The position numbers were made by a program, and so were the translations under genes. Positions 40,262 to 49,601 of a DNA stretch of 62,857 nucleotides are shown piece by piece. Position 1 is the stretch's first letter, and every line of letters starts with the position of its first letter. The notes below the pieces were generated by a model. It made no database searches. It was not told the origin of the DNA and saw nothing but the letters and a program-made list of their open reading frames with translations. The stretch comes from a virus (lineage: Duplodnaviria > Caudoviricetes): IMG/VR virus record IMGVR_UViG_3300010293_000004, positions 1-62,857 of that record, one strand, 5' to 3'.

Positions 40262-41982
40262 TGGCTACGTGGAGAAAATATTTTAAGTCCGCAAACATCC
40301 CAAACAATGTGAGTCCTATTGGAAGTGGGGTAGCATCTAAGGCTCCGGATCCGAGTTATAGGAACTTCCAATCGCAGTTACCGGAAATTTATGTTGGACA
40401 CCCAAACAGAACTGAGCGGTACAATCAATACGAAGGTATGGACTCAGATAGCGAAATTAACGCTGCATTAGATATCTTAGCTGAGTTTTGTACACAGGTT
40501 AACACTGAAAACGGAACAGCGTTTGACTTGCATTTCCACGAAGAACCAACAGACAACGAAATCAAGATTATTAAAGAACAGTTATTGCAGTGGTGTAATC
40601 TCAACGAGTTTAATAAGCGGGTATTTAAAATATTCCGTAACACATTAAAATACGGCGACCAAGTATTCATTCGTGATCCAGAAACGTTTAAACTATTTTG
40701 GACTGAAATTGGTAATGTAACTAAAGTTATTGTTAATGAAGCAGAAGGCAAAAAGCCAGAACAGTACGTAGTTAAAGACATCAATCCTAACTTCCAAAAC
40801 TTATCAGCTACTGCATTAACAACATCGGATACCTACTTAACGAGACCACAAACTGGAGGTATGGCAACACCTTATACACAACCAAGCGGACCTTATACTG
40901 GCGGTTCACGTTTTACACACCAGTCAAATGAAGTAGTTATTAACGCAGAACACGTTTTACACATTAGTTTAACTGAAGGACTAGACGCATTTTGGCCATT
41001 TGGTAACAGTGTGTTAGAGCAAGTGTTTAAAGTGTTTAAACAAAAAGAATTACTTGAAGACAGTATTATCATTTACCGTGTGCAACGAGCACCAGAACGT
41101 CGGGTGTTTAAGATCGACGTAGGTAATATGCCAACACACATGGCTATGGCGTTTGTTGAACGTGTTAAAAACGAAATCCACCAGCGTAGAATTCCTACAC
41201 AAACTGGTGGTGGCCAGTCAATGATTGACGCAACATACAACCCGCTATCGACTAACGAAGACTTTTTCTTCCCTACTACTGCTGATGGCCGTGGTTCGAG
41301 CGTAGACGTATTACCAGGCGGGCAAAACGTTGGAGAGATTACAGACTTACGATTCTTCACTAACAAATTATTCCGTGGTTTGCGTATTCCGTCGAGCTAT
41401 CTACCAACAGGCGATGACGATGGGTCGCAATCGTACAACGATGGAAGACTTGGTACCGCATTAATTCAAGAGTATCGCTTTAATCAGTATTGTAAACGAT
41501 TACAAGCACTAATTGTTGATGCGTTAGACCATGAGTTTAAAATGTTTATGCGCTGGAGAGGCATTAACATCGACAACAGCTTATTTGAACTTCGGTTTAA
41601 CGAGCCACAGAACTTTGCTAAGTCTCGCCAAGCAGAAATTGACAAGAATAACATTGGATCTTTTACTCAACTTGAGCAAATTCCTTACTTCAGTAAGCGT
41701 TTCTTACTCAAGAGATATCTTGGTTTAACTGAGGAAGAGATGCAAGAGAACGATCGGTTATGGGCTGAAGAGCGAGATGACAATAATGCAAAGGGTAGCG
41801 ATTCGGCTAACTTACGCTCAGTTGGTGTTACACCAGGTGGTATTGACGCAGATTTAGGTAACTTGGAAATGCCTGACGAAGGTGGAGATATGGATATGGG
41901 CGGGGATATGGGAGCACCGGACATGGCCCCTGAAGCACCTCCAATGGGCGGCGCTGCACCTGCCGGTGCTCCTCCGATGTAA
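40261..41982 (+). CDS. gp20: Portal vertex protein
   Basis: LLEDSIIIYRVQRAPERRVFKIDVGNMP; EDFFFP; LPGGQN. Confidence 0.95.
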   Translation: MATWRKYFKSANIPNNVSPIGSGVASKAPDPSYRNFQSQLPEIYVGHPNRTERYNQYEGMDSDSEINAALDILAEFCTQVNTENGTAFDLHFHEEPTDNEIKIIKEQLLQWCNLNEFNKRVFKIFRNTLKYGDQVFIRDPETFKLFWTEIGNVTKVIVNEAEGKKPEQYVVKDINPNFQNLSATALTTSDTYLTRPQTGGMATPYTQPSGPYTGGSRFTHQSNEVVINAEHVLHISLTEGLDAFWPFGNSVLEQVFKVFKQKELLEDSIIIYRVQRAPERRVFKIDVGNMPTHMAMAFVERVKNEIHQRRIPTQTGGGQSMIDATYNPLSTNEDFFFPTTADGRGSSVDVLPGGQNVGEITDLRFFTNKLFRGLRIPSSYLPTGDDDGSQSYNDGRLGTALIQEYRFNQYCKRLQALIVDALDHEFKMFMRWRGINIDNSLFELRFNEPQNFAKSRQAEIDKNNIGSFTQLEQIPYFSKRFLLKRYLGLTEEEMQENDRLWAEERDDNNAKGSDSANLRSVGVTPGGIDADLGNLEMPDEGGDMDMGGDMGAPDMAPEAPPMGGAAPAGAPPM

Positions 41983-41999
41983 TTTGGTAAATAGTTATT

Positions 42000-42230
42000 A
42001 TGCTACTAACTGAATTTGAACAATTACCTCCTGGTTATGCAACAGAAAAAGATGATAACACACCTTTAAAATTGTCTGACCTCCGTAAAACTAAACTAAC
42101 ATTTGCACAGTTATCAAAGTTGCGAATGATGAATGATATTAGAAAACTAGAACGAGAGAAAAAACTAGAAACAGTACAGAAGCAATATGCTGCCCCCGCT
42201 GAAGGCAGAGATGGTGGCATGGGCATGTAA
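42000..42230 (+). CDS. Small head-associated hypothetical protein
   Basis: 76 aa; ATG 6 nt after TAAATA; lies in the head module. Confidence 0.65.
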   Translation: MLLTEFEQLPPGYATEKDDNTPLKLSDLRKTKLTFAQLSKLRMMNDIRKLEREKKLETVQKQYAAPAEGRDGGMGM

Positions 42231-42327
42231 TTATCCCACCTTTTGACTTAAAAAACACCTATTTAACTCTGAAATAATGTCGTTTTTGTAAATAAATTTA
42301 CAAAGCCATTATTAAGGAGTTATTTTT

Positions 42328-43272
42328 ATGAACAAATACGAGAAGCTAATCGAGTACATCATCAATGATGAACAAGATAAAGCAAAAGCATTATTCCACT
42401 CTATCGTCGTTGATAAGTCACGTAAAATTTACGAAGGTTTAATGGACGAAGAATTAGGTGGAAATCAATCACAAGGCATGATTGATGGAATTTCCAACGA
42501 AGTAGAAGGTGACGAGATTGCTCAAGAAGCAGAAGGCGACGAGTTCGTCGGCGACGAAATGGGCATGGACGACGACATGGGCGACGAAATGGGCATGGAC
42601 GACGACATGGGCGACGAGCTCGGTGGCGACGAAATGGGCATGGACGACGGCATGGGCGATGAAGCTTCAGTCGAAGACCGCGTTATGGACTTAGAGTCTG
42701 CTTTAGATGAATTAAAGGCAGAGTTCGACGAGTTAATGGCTGCTGAAGCAGGCGAAGAAGAACACGCTGATGACTTTGGTGGCGAAGAAGGTGCAGACGA
42801 GTTCGGTGGCGAAGAAGGTGCAGATGATGCAGATTTCGATAGCGACGAAGACATGGAAGAGTCAATGGTCCGTGAATACGTAGAGCAAGTTAACGCTGAT
42901 CCATTCAAAGCAGGTGCAAGTGAAGGCGACGCAGTTGGTAGCGGCGGCAAAAAGTCCCCTATCAATGCTAAGTCCCCGTTAATCAGCGGTAAGAACGACA
43001 TGGGCGGTACTACAAAAAATATCGCTAAAGGTGGTTCAGAAGCTAACCCAGACGGTAAGTCCCCAACACCAAAGCCAAGCAACGAATACACAAAAGGCCA
43101 GGGAAACTTAAAAGGCGCAGGTAAGTTCGAAAACGTACCGGGTGCTAACACAAAAGGTTACCAGTCAAAAGAAAAAGGTACGGACAAAGAAGGCGCAACA
43201 ACAAGCGGCTCAATGTCAGTAGATAAGAAATCTTTAAATCCAGGTGGTAAGCCAGGCTTTAAAAGCAACTAA
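42328..43272 (+). CDS. Acidic prohead core protein (gp67/gp68 position)
   Basis: Very D/E/G/M-rich; located between portal and protease; AAGGAG RBS. Confidence 0.6.
   Translation: MNKYEKLIEYIINDEQDKAKALFHSIVVDKSRKIYEGLMDEELGGNQSQGMIDGISNEVEGDEIAQEAEGDEFVGDEMGMDDDMGDEMGMDDDMGDELGGDEMGMDDGMGDEASVEDRVMDLESALDELKAEFDELMAAEAGEEEHADDFGGEEGADEFGGEEGADDADFDSDEDMEESMVREYVEQVNADPFKAGASEGDAVGSGGKKSPINAKSPLISGKNDMGGTTKNIAKGGSEANPDGKSPTPKPSNEYTKGQGNLKGAGKFENVPGANTKGYQSKEKGTDKEGATTSGSMSVDKKSLNPGGKPGFKSN
42550..42654 (+). repeat. 30-bp tandem repeat (GDEMGMDDDM) within the core protein gene
   Basis: Two exact copies (42550-42609), a 15-bp partial copy, and a third copy with one mismatch. Confidence 0.9.
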
Positions 43273-43291
43273 TTTAAGGTAACAACTTATA

Positions 43292-43921
43292 ATGGCAAAG
43301 TATCTTAAAGAAAACCTTACATACGACTCCGCTAGAATCATTGTAGAATCTAGCGGAGACGGTAAGGACCTCCATATGAAGGGCATCTTCATTCAAGGCG
43401 GTGTTAAGAATGCTAACCAGCGTGTTTACCCTGTTAATGAAATTGCTAATGCAGTCGGTACTATTAACGAACAAATCAAAGGCGGTAATTCAGTTCTGGG
43501 CGAAGTTGATCACCCAGATGATTTAAAAATCAATTTAGATCGTGTGTCTCATGTTATTACTGAGATGTGGATGGACGGTCCAAACGGCTTTGGTAAGTTA
43601 AAGATTATCCCAACACCAATGGGCAACATCGTAAAAACAATGCTTGAAAACGGCGTTAAGTTAGGTGTTAGTTCACGTGGCAGTGGTAATGTTAATGAGA
43701 GTACTGGTCATGTTAGCGATTTTGAAATTGTAACAGTAGACATTGTTGCTCAACCAAGTGCGCCCAATGCATACCCAACAGCAATCTATGAAGGTTTGTT
43801 GAATATGCGTGGTGGACACAGAACTCTTGAAGTTGCAGCCGAAGTTGGCTCAAATCAAAAGGTTCAGAAGTATCTGAAAGAGCATGTAGTACGCTTGATC
43901 AAAGATTTAAAAATACAATAG
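43292..43921 (+). CDS. gp21: Prohead protease; ends in TAG
   Basis: NANQRVYP, GEVDHP, GVSSRGSG and DIVAQPSAPNA motifs. Confidence 0.95.
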   Translation: MAKYLKENLTYDSARIIVESSGDGKDLHMKGIFIQGGVKNANQRVYPVNEIANAVGTINEQIKGGNSVLGEVDHPDDLKINLDRVSHVITEMWMDGPNGFGKLKIIPTPMGNIVKTMLENGVKLGVSSRGSGNVNESTGHVSDFEIVTVDIVAQPSAPNAYPTAIYEGLLNMRGGHRTLEVAAEVGSNQKVQKYLKEHVVRLIKDLKIQ

Positions 43922-43930
43922 GAGATAGGA

Positions 43931-45031
43931 ATGCTTGATGCTATCAAATCATTAGTAGACGGGGGTATCATAAACGAAGATACAAGCCGCGCTATCAACG
44001 AAGCCTGGGAGACTCGTCTCGCAGAAGCTAAGGAGACCGTACGTGCTGAACTTCGTGAAGAGTTTGCCCAACGCTACGAGCACGATAAAAGTGTAATGGT
44101 TGAAGCTCTTGACAAAATGGTAACTGAATCTATCACTGGCGAACTCACAGAGTTCGCCGCTGATAAAAAAGCTCTTGCTGAAGATCGCGTAAAATTCAAA
44201 AGATTTATGCGTGAAAGCAGCGGGAAGTTTAACGACTTCATGGTATCTAAATTAGCAGAGGAAATTAAAGAACTCCGCAACGATCGTAAGATGCAAGCAG
44301 AAGGTTTCGCAAAGTTAGAGAAATTCTTAGTAAAAGCTCTAGCAGAAGAAATCAAAGAGTTTGCAATTGATAAGAAAGCTGTTGTTGAGACCAAAGTTAA
44401 GTTAGTTGCTGAAGCTAAACGTAAGTTAGCTGAGATGAAGAAAACATTCGTTGAGCGTAGTTCAAAACTCGTTCAAGAATCAGTTACTAAGAATCTTGAG
44501 TCTGAATTATCACAACTTAAAGAAGACATTCAAATTGCACGTGAAAACATGTTTGGCCGTCGCTTATTCGAAGCGTTTGCAAGCGAGTTCAGCGTTACTC
44601 ATTTAAACGAGAACAAAGACATCGCTAAATTACAAGCGTTAGTTAAAGCTAAGGACAAGCAAATTGTTGAAGCAAAAGCTGTCGCTGCAAAAGGCGTACA
44701 ACTTGCTGAATCAAAAGAGCGTGAAATTCGTATAATTAAAGAGTCAGCTGCACGTAAAGAGACAATGGCAGAATTGCTAAAGCCTCTTAACAAAGAAAAA
44801 GCATCTGTGATGCAAAGCTTACTCGAAAACGTGCAAACCGGAAAACTCCGTGTTGCATATGACAAGTATCTTCCAGCAGTTCTTAACGGAAGTTCAGTTA
44901 AAGTTGCAGCCCCAAAAGCAGCAATGTTAAATGAATCACGTAAAGAAGTTACTGGCGATAAATCTGCTAAACCTTCAGTGGAAGTTGACGACAATGTCAT
45001 CGCTCTTAAGAAGTTAGCAGGGCTAAATTAA
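43931..45031 (+). CDS. gp22: Prohead scaffold protein
   Basis: Coiled-coil, E/K/A-rich; lies between the protease and the major capsid gene. Confidence 0.85.
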   Translation: MLDAIKSLVDGGIINEDTSRAINEAWETRLAEAKETVRAELREEFAQRYEHDKSVMVEALDKMVTESITGELTEFAADKKALAEDRVKFKRFMRESSGKFNDFMVSKLAEEIKELRNDRKMQAEGFAKLEKFLVKALAEEIKEFAIDKKAVVETKVKLVAEAKRKLAEMKKTFVERSSKLVQESVTKNLESELSQLKEDIQIARENMFGRRLFEAFASEFSVTHLNENKDIAKLQALVKAKDKQIVEAKAVAAKGVQLAESKEREIRIIKESAARKETMAELLKPLNKEKASVMQSLLENVQTGKLRVAYDKYLPAVLNGSSVKVAAPKAAMLNESRKEVTGDKSAKPSVEVDDNVIALKKLAGLN

Positions 45032-45058
45032 ACTTTTGGATAAAGGAAAAAAATTAAT

Positions 45059-46237
45059 ATGTCACAAAAACTTTTAGAAAGCCGTTGGGGTGAGACCAAA
45101 GAGGCCCTGTTAGAAGGTTTACAAGGTTCCCGCCGTACAACAATGGGTGTTATCTTAGAAAACACCAAGAAGCACTTAGTAGAAAACGCATCAGCAGGCG
45201 CAACACAAGCTGGTAACATCGCATCATTAAACCGTGTGATTCTTCCAGTTATTCGTCGTGTTATGCCAACTGTTATTGCTAACGAAATCGTTGGTGTTCA
45301 GCCAATGACCGGTCCAGTTGCACAGATTCATACTCTCCGCGTTCGCTACGCAGACAACATGATTGATGCAAGCCCATTCGGTACAAGCACAGCAGCTGGT
45401 GACGAGGCATTAAGCCCATTCAAGATCGCTGTTGCTTACTCAGGCAACACAACAACTGGTCGTGGCGACATGACAGCAGCTCTTGAAGGTCTTCCAGGTC
45501 GTAAGATCAACGTTCAGATCTTAAAACAGGTCGTAGAAGCTAAGACCCGTAAGTTAAGCGCACGTTGGACATTCGAAGCAGCACAAGACGCACAAGCAAT
45601 GCATGGTATTGATGTTGAAGCAGAAGTTATGGCTGCTTTAGCTCAAGAAATCACTGTTGAAATCGACCAAGAAGTTCTTGGTTCATTACGTGCTTTAGCT
45701 GCAACTGAAGAAACATTCGACCAAGAAGCAGTTAGCGGTACAGCAACATTCGTTGGTGATGAGCACGCTGCATTAGCAGTTCTCGTTAACCGCGTTGCTA
45801 ACAAGATCGCAACACGTACACGTCGTGGCGCAGGTAACTGGGCTGTTGTTTCCCCAACAGTGTTAACAGTTCTCCAGTCCGCAACAACTTCTGCTTTTGC
45901 TCGCACAACAGAAGGTACATTCGAAGCACCAACAAACACCAAGTTCGTCGGTACATTAAACGGCGCAATGAAGGTTTATGTTGACAGCTACGCAAGCGAC
46001 AGCACACCAGTGTTAGTCGGTTACAAAGGTTCAAGCGAGTCAGACGCAGCAGCATTCTACTGCCCATACGTTCCATTAATGAGCAGCGGTGTTGTTCTTG
46101 ACCCAGCAACTTTCGAACCAGTAGTTGGCTTCATGACACGTTACGGATATGTCGAGCTCACTAACACTTCGTCAAGCTTAGGTAACGCAGCAGACTACTT
46201 AGGCGAGATTGCAGTTTCTGGCTTATCATTCCAGTGA
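45059..46237 (+). CDS. gp23: Major capsid protein
   Basis: GVQPMTGP, VEAKTRKLSARWT.EAAQD, FYCPYVPL and TRYG motifs. Confidence 0.97.
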   Translation: MSQKLLESRWGETKEALLEGLQGSRRTTMGVILENTKKHLVENASAGATQAGNIASLNRVILPVIRRVMPTVIANEIVGVQPMTGPVAQIHTLRVRYADNMIDASPFGTSTAAGDEALSPFKIAVAYSGNTTTGRGDMTAALEGLPGRKINVQILKQVVEAKTRKLSARWTFEAAQDAQAMHGIDVEAEVMAALAQEITVEIDQEVLGSLRALAATEETFDQEAVSGTATFVGDEHAALAVLVNRVANKIATRTRRGAGNWAVVSPTVLTVLQSATTSAFARTTEGTFEAPTNTKFVGTLNGAMKVYVDSYASDSTPVLVGYKGSSESDAAAFYCPYVPLMSSGVVLDPATFEPVVGFMTRYGYVELTNTSSSLGNAADYLGEIAVSGLSFQ

Positions 46238-46256
46238 TCTAAACAATCATGTAACA

Positions 46257-46288
46257 AAAATAAAAGGAACTTCGGTTCCTTTTATTTT
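46257..46288 (+). terminator. Intrinsic terminator after the major capsid gene
   Basis: 14-bp stem with a C(UUCG)G loop and a U-rich 3' arm. Confidence 0.9.
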
Positions 46289-46342
46289 GACTTTTAATAC
46301 CAGATATATTACTGTATTTGTTAATTCTACATAAATAATAGT

Positions 46343-47101
46343 ATGAACAAATATGAAAAATGGTATAGCAACATAACCAAACGTGGGCAAGAATCACGTA
46401 ACCTAGCTTATTCAGAAGATCACCATATCCTTCCAAAAAGCTTAGGTGGTAACAACGAACCAGAAAACCTTACTACGCTAACAGCCCGTGAACACTTTAT
46501 TGCTCATTGGTTGCTTACAAAGATTTATTTTGGTAAAGAAAGATATCAACTACTTAACGCATTACAAGGAATGCGGAGAGAAAATCAAAACCAAACGCGA
46601 TACCACACTAAAATAACAGCACGAGTTTACGAGAACTTAAAAGAAGAGTGGAGTAAGTTATCTTCAGAACGAATTAAAGGGGATAAAAATCCTATGTGGG
46701 GCAAATCTCATAATGAAGAAGCAAAGCTAAAAATTAGCCAAGCAAATAAAGGTCGAGCACAACCAGAACTCGAAAAACAAAAACAAATAGCTGCACAAAA
46801 AGGTAAAAAACGAGCACCGTTCTCAGATGAATGGTTGGCTAAGATAAAAGAAGCTAGGCAAGGCGAACGTAACGGTATGTTTGGTAAACAGCATTCTGAA
46901 GATACTAAAAGAAAGCAAAGTGAAAAAGCAAAAGGCAGAAAACAATCAGCAGAAACTATAGCTAAAAAAGCTGAAGCTGTAAGAGGAAGTAAAAGAGAGA
47001 AGATCCTCTGCCCACATTGCCAACAACTAATAGCAGTAAACGTTTATCCAAGGTGGCACGGTGACAACTGTAAGATGAAAGATAGCAATGAGAACATATG
47101 A
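46343..47101 (+). CDS. HNH homing endonuclease with NUMOD3-like repeats
   Basis: HHILPKSLGG...NL..LTAREHFIAH; NPMWGKSH and GMFGKQHSEDTK repeats; CPHC. Confidence 0.85.
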   Translation: MNKYEKWYSNITKRGQESRNLAYSEDHHILPKSLGGNNEPENLTTLTAREHFIAHWLLTKIYFGKERYQLLNALQGMRRENQNQTRYHTKITARVYENLKEEWSKLSSERIKGDKNPMWGKSHNEEAKLKISQANKGRAQPELEKQKQIAAQKGKKRAPFSDEWLAKIKEARQGERNGMFGKQHSEDTKRKQSEKAKGRKQSAETIAKKAEAVRGSKREKILCPHCQQLIAVNVYPRWHGDNCKMKDSNENI

Positions 47102-47585
47102 ATTTGGCGGAATAGATGTACAAACAGAAATCCACCGCTTACATAACCGACAATCTAAATTCTTGATCACAAATGAGAGCATACAAGATGATTTTAAGTA
47201 TGTTACTAGTTTTTTAGATTCAGCAAACGGATTTACTATCGCTGAATCAGAACTGATTGTTGGAAATTACTATTTTCCGATCGACATATTGTATAGCCCA
47301 CATGAAAGAAAACTGACGTTAATCTTAGTTATTCAACCAGCAGAGTATGTTGGGGTAGCAGGTAGTCGATTAGAATTTAGATATAATGTAAGCAGTAAAT
47401 CGTTATTCTTTCCATCTGATGAATCGTTAACAGATAGCGAGCATAGATACATTTATTCTAATAGAAACGAGTTAGACCAAATAGTAAGTGTAGCTATAAT
47501 GAAATTTAGTAACACTGATTGGGACTTCCAAGCGTTCGGTTTTGATTTAACCGGTACAATTCAACGCATTACTAATCTGAGGTGA
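47088..47585 (+). CDS. Hypothetical protein
   Basis: 165-aa ORF overlapping the end of the HNH gene and followed by a terminator. Confidence 0.55.
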   Translation: MRTYEFGGIDVQTEIHRLHNRQSKFLITNESIQDDFKYVTSFLDSANGFTIAESELIVGNYYFPIDILYSPHERKLTLILVIQPAEYVGVAGSRLEFRYNVSSKSLFFPSDESLTDSEHRYIYSNRNELDQIVSVAIMKFSNTDWDFQAFGFDLTGTIQRITNLR

Positions 47586-47600
47586 TTAAGACTGCATAAA

Positions 47601-47627
47601 CAAAAACCCGCACTAGGCGGGTTTTTG
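47601..47627. terminator. Bidirectional terminator at a convergent junction
   Basis: caaaaacccgc-actag-gcgggtttttg. Confidence 0.85.
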
Positions 47628-47687
47628 CTGGGTAGTATTAACTGCATTACTTTAATGTCTTAAAGTGTTACTACTATACAGTAAAAA

Positions 47688-48068
47688 TTATTTGTTGCAA
47701 ACAGATACGGCAATCTGTTTAGCCTTTTCTTTAGCCCGGCCTTGTAACATCATCATATCGTAAGCAGTTCTTTCTAATCCTCTTAGATCCCACATTATGT
47801 AACTGTATTCCCGGTGATGTATTAAGTGGGTATTTTCGATCATTGGCCGATACTCTGTCCACGTACTACATCTCAGTTTCTCTATTACGTAGATCTTTTT
47901 CTGTAGTTTTTTAAAGTACTCTTTAGTATAACGAATTTCTCTGGTTAGTATTTTGTAAGTATGCCGCCAAGTAACCTACCACTCTTTAAACTCTTCAGGT
48001 GTGGAAAAGTTCAAAGACGTTAACATATCAACAATGTTGTTACAGTCGAACATCTTCCAAGTGCTCAT
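47688..48068 (-). CDS. 126-codon hypothetical protein with an in-frame TAG at codon 31 (read-through gene or pseudogene)
   Basis: AGGAG RBS and ATGA overlap with the upstream gene. MSTWKMF...EEFKEW*VTWRHTYK...VSVCNK. TAG at 47976-47978, then 95 open codons. Confidence 0.7.
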
Positions 48069-48340
48069 TTAAACTCTCCTTTAATTAAATCAAACAGTGT
48101 GATTTTAGTTAGTTCACACCAAACATCTTCGTATACTACACAACAATCACATTCCTCATATTCATCGCCCGACCCACCCTCCATACAACACGGGCACATA
48201 GCTCGCAATAACTCGTATTGCGTTTCGTCAGTTGATGTAAACAAATACATCTTACCTTTATACTTGCACAACCCTTTCCACGTAATGTCGTAATGGTTAA
48301 TCCTCTTAGTTATTTGTATATTCTCATACCTTACTCTCAT
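48065..48340 (-). CDS. Small Cys-rich hypothetical protein
   Basis: 91 aa; AGGA RBS; CPCC and CDCC clusters. Confidence 0.7.
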   Translation of the reverse strand: MRVRYENIQITKRINHYDITWKGLCKYKGKMYLFTSTDETQYELLRAMCPCCMEGGSGDEYEECDCCVVYEDVWCELTKITLFDLIKGEFK

Positions 48341-48441
48341 GTTCTATTTCCTATGGTCAAAAGAAAACCAGAGCGTAAGGTGATCAACCCTAAGAGGCTC
48401 TGGCCGTGTTTTGTAAAAATGTTAGAAGTAATCTACAACAT
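48337..48441 (-). promoter_or_regulatory. Putative amber-containing leader ORF spanning a terminator hairpin
   Basis: TAAATA at 48450-55, ATG at 48441, TAG as codon 3, then an open frame to TGA at 48337-39 that overlaps ATG 48340. Confidence 0.45.
48358..48405 (-). terminator. Intrinsic terminator/attenuator hairpin
   Basis: Minus strand: ggccagagc...gctctggtt stem with an inner taggg/cctta helix, followed by ttcttttg. Confidence 0.7.
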
Positions 48442-48485
48442 AGTTATATTATTTACTCTTTTTATTTTACTTGCAATTATTTTGG

Positions 48486-49337
48486 TTAAAGAACCTTCAA
48501 AATCGGTCTTGAAGTATTGTCACCAAAAATGTTTAAAGAAGTGCCACACTCTGCACAAAACTTTGCAGTTGCTTTGTTTTGCTTGCCGCAGGTAGTGCAC
48601 TGAGGTTTAGTTTTTACAGTTACTGGCTTCTGGATTGGCTTATTATCGGGTGTTTCCCCTAACAATTTTAGCACAATAACATGTCTTTCCTCTTCAACTG
48701 GGAACCAGCTTGCAGTTTGGAATTTCTGATTGCTTTCGCTGCCAGGGACTGTGATACCGGTTTCGTTAGCTGGTGTATTAAACCCTTTAGTAGAAGCACT
48801 AGTAGCACCAATGCTCATACTTTGTGCAGAAACAGCGTTTGCACTATAAGATGCACTGCATATTATGGTTCCAGGCGGCCATGCAGGAGCATCGCCAGTA
48901 TTTCCACTACGAAGCGGTGAACCATACCACCCAGGTGGGTAAGCATTAAACCCAGGGTTCTTCCATTCCCAGTCTGTTGTTGGTTTGTAAAAAGATTTTT
49001 CGAATTGGAATTCGACTCGGACAAGACCGTCTTCTAACTTAATTCCACGATGCTTTTCGATATTGCCTGTTCTCGTGATGAACTTAAACTTGTTGCCCTT
49101 GTTCATGTCTGACACAAACCGCTCTAAGTCGATTTCTTGTTTGCTATTTACAACTAACCCACCCGGAATAACATCTTGCCCGTCGATTGTAATATACGCA
49201 ATCATACGGACTGTATGCAGATTTTTTACTAAAATGGAATATTCACTACCGAAGTTGAGGTAGACCTGATCTCCGAACTCACGGAGCACTTTGCCATTAG
49301 ATTTGATAGCGATGGCACACTTTGATTGATACATCAT
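48486..49337 (-). CDS. Hypothetical protein with a C-terminal zinc ribbon
   Basis: AGGAG RBS; CTTCG...FCAECG; Pro/Ser-rich linker. Confidence 0.8.
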   Translation of the reverse strand: MMYQSKCAIAIKSNGKVLREFGDQVYLNFGSEYSILVKNLHTVRMIAYITIDGQDVIPGGLVVNSKQEIDLERFVSDMNKGNKFKFITRTGNIEKHRGIKLEDGLVRVEFQFEKSFYKPTTDWEWKNPGFNAYPPGWYGSPLRSGNTGDAPAWPPGTIICSASYSANAVSAQSMSIGATSASTKGFNTPANETGITVPGSESNQKFQTASWFPVEEERHVIVLKLLGETPDNKPIQKPVTVKTKPQCTTCGKQNKATAKFCAECGTSLNIFGDNTSRPILKVL

Positions 49338-49356
49338 GATTTCTCCTAATTGTAAC

Positions 49357-49425
49357 GGCTCACAGAGTAAGAGCCCAAATTTAACTCTGTTTAGTTTGTG
49401 CTGACTACCAGCACAAAATTATTTA
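49357..49425 (-). promoter_or_regulatory. Late promoter plus structured 5' leader
   Basis: TAAATA at 49420-25; a 9-bp hairpin at 49395-49417; interleaved acagagt/actctgt and ggctc/gagcc helices. Confidence 0.55.
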
Positions 49426-49435
49426 CCTATGTTCT

Positions 49436-49601
49436 TGAACGGTGATAGATTCTCAGGCCTACCACCTTCGACTTGTTCCTAGCCGGGTAGTGTTAACTAA
49501 CGGGGATACCATGCCCCGGGTGTTTTGTTGTTAACGAGAATCACCATTCACGGCACTTTGATTAGCGTCCCAATGCAAGGACGGAGAACCTTTCCCTTGC
49601 C
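49436..49601 (-). ncRNA. Putative small structured RNA downstream of the tRNA
   Basis: Three-way junction closed by UGAAUGGU-GAUUCUC/GAGAAUC..ACCGUUCA, plus a 5' hairpin module. Confidence 0.4.

Noticed and set aside
42522-43151. 209-aa Ser/Pro-rich minus-strand ORF, and the 30-bp repeats as a possible CRISPR array
   Set aside because: The ORF is an antisense shadow of the acidic core gene. The repeats are in-frame tandem coding repeats without spacers.
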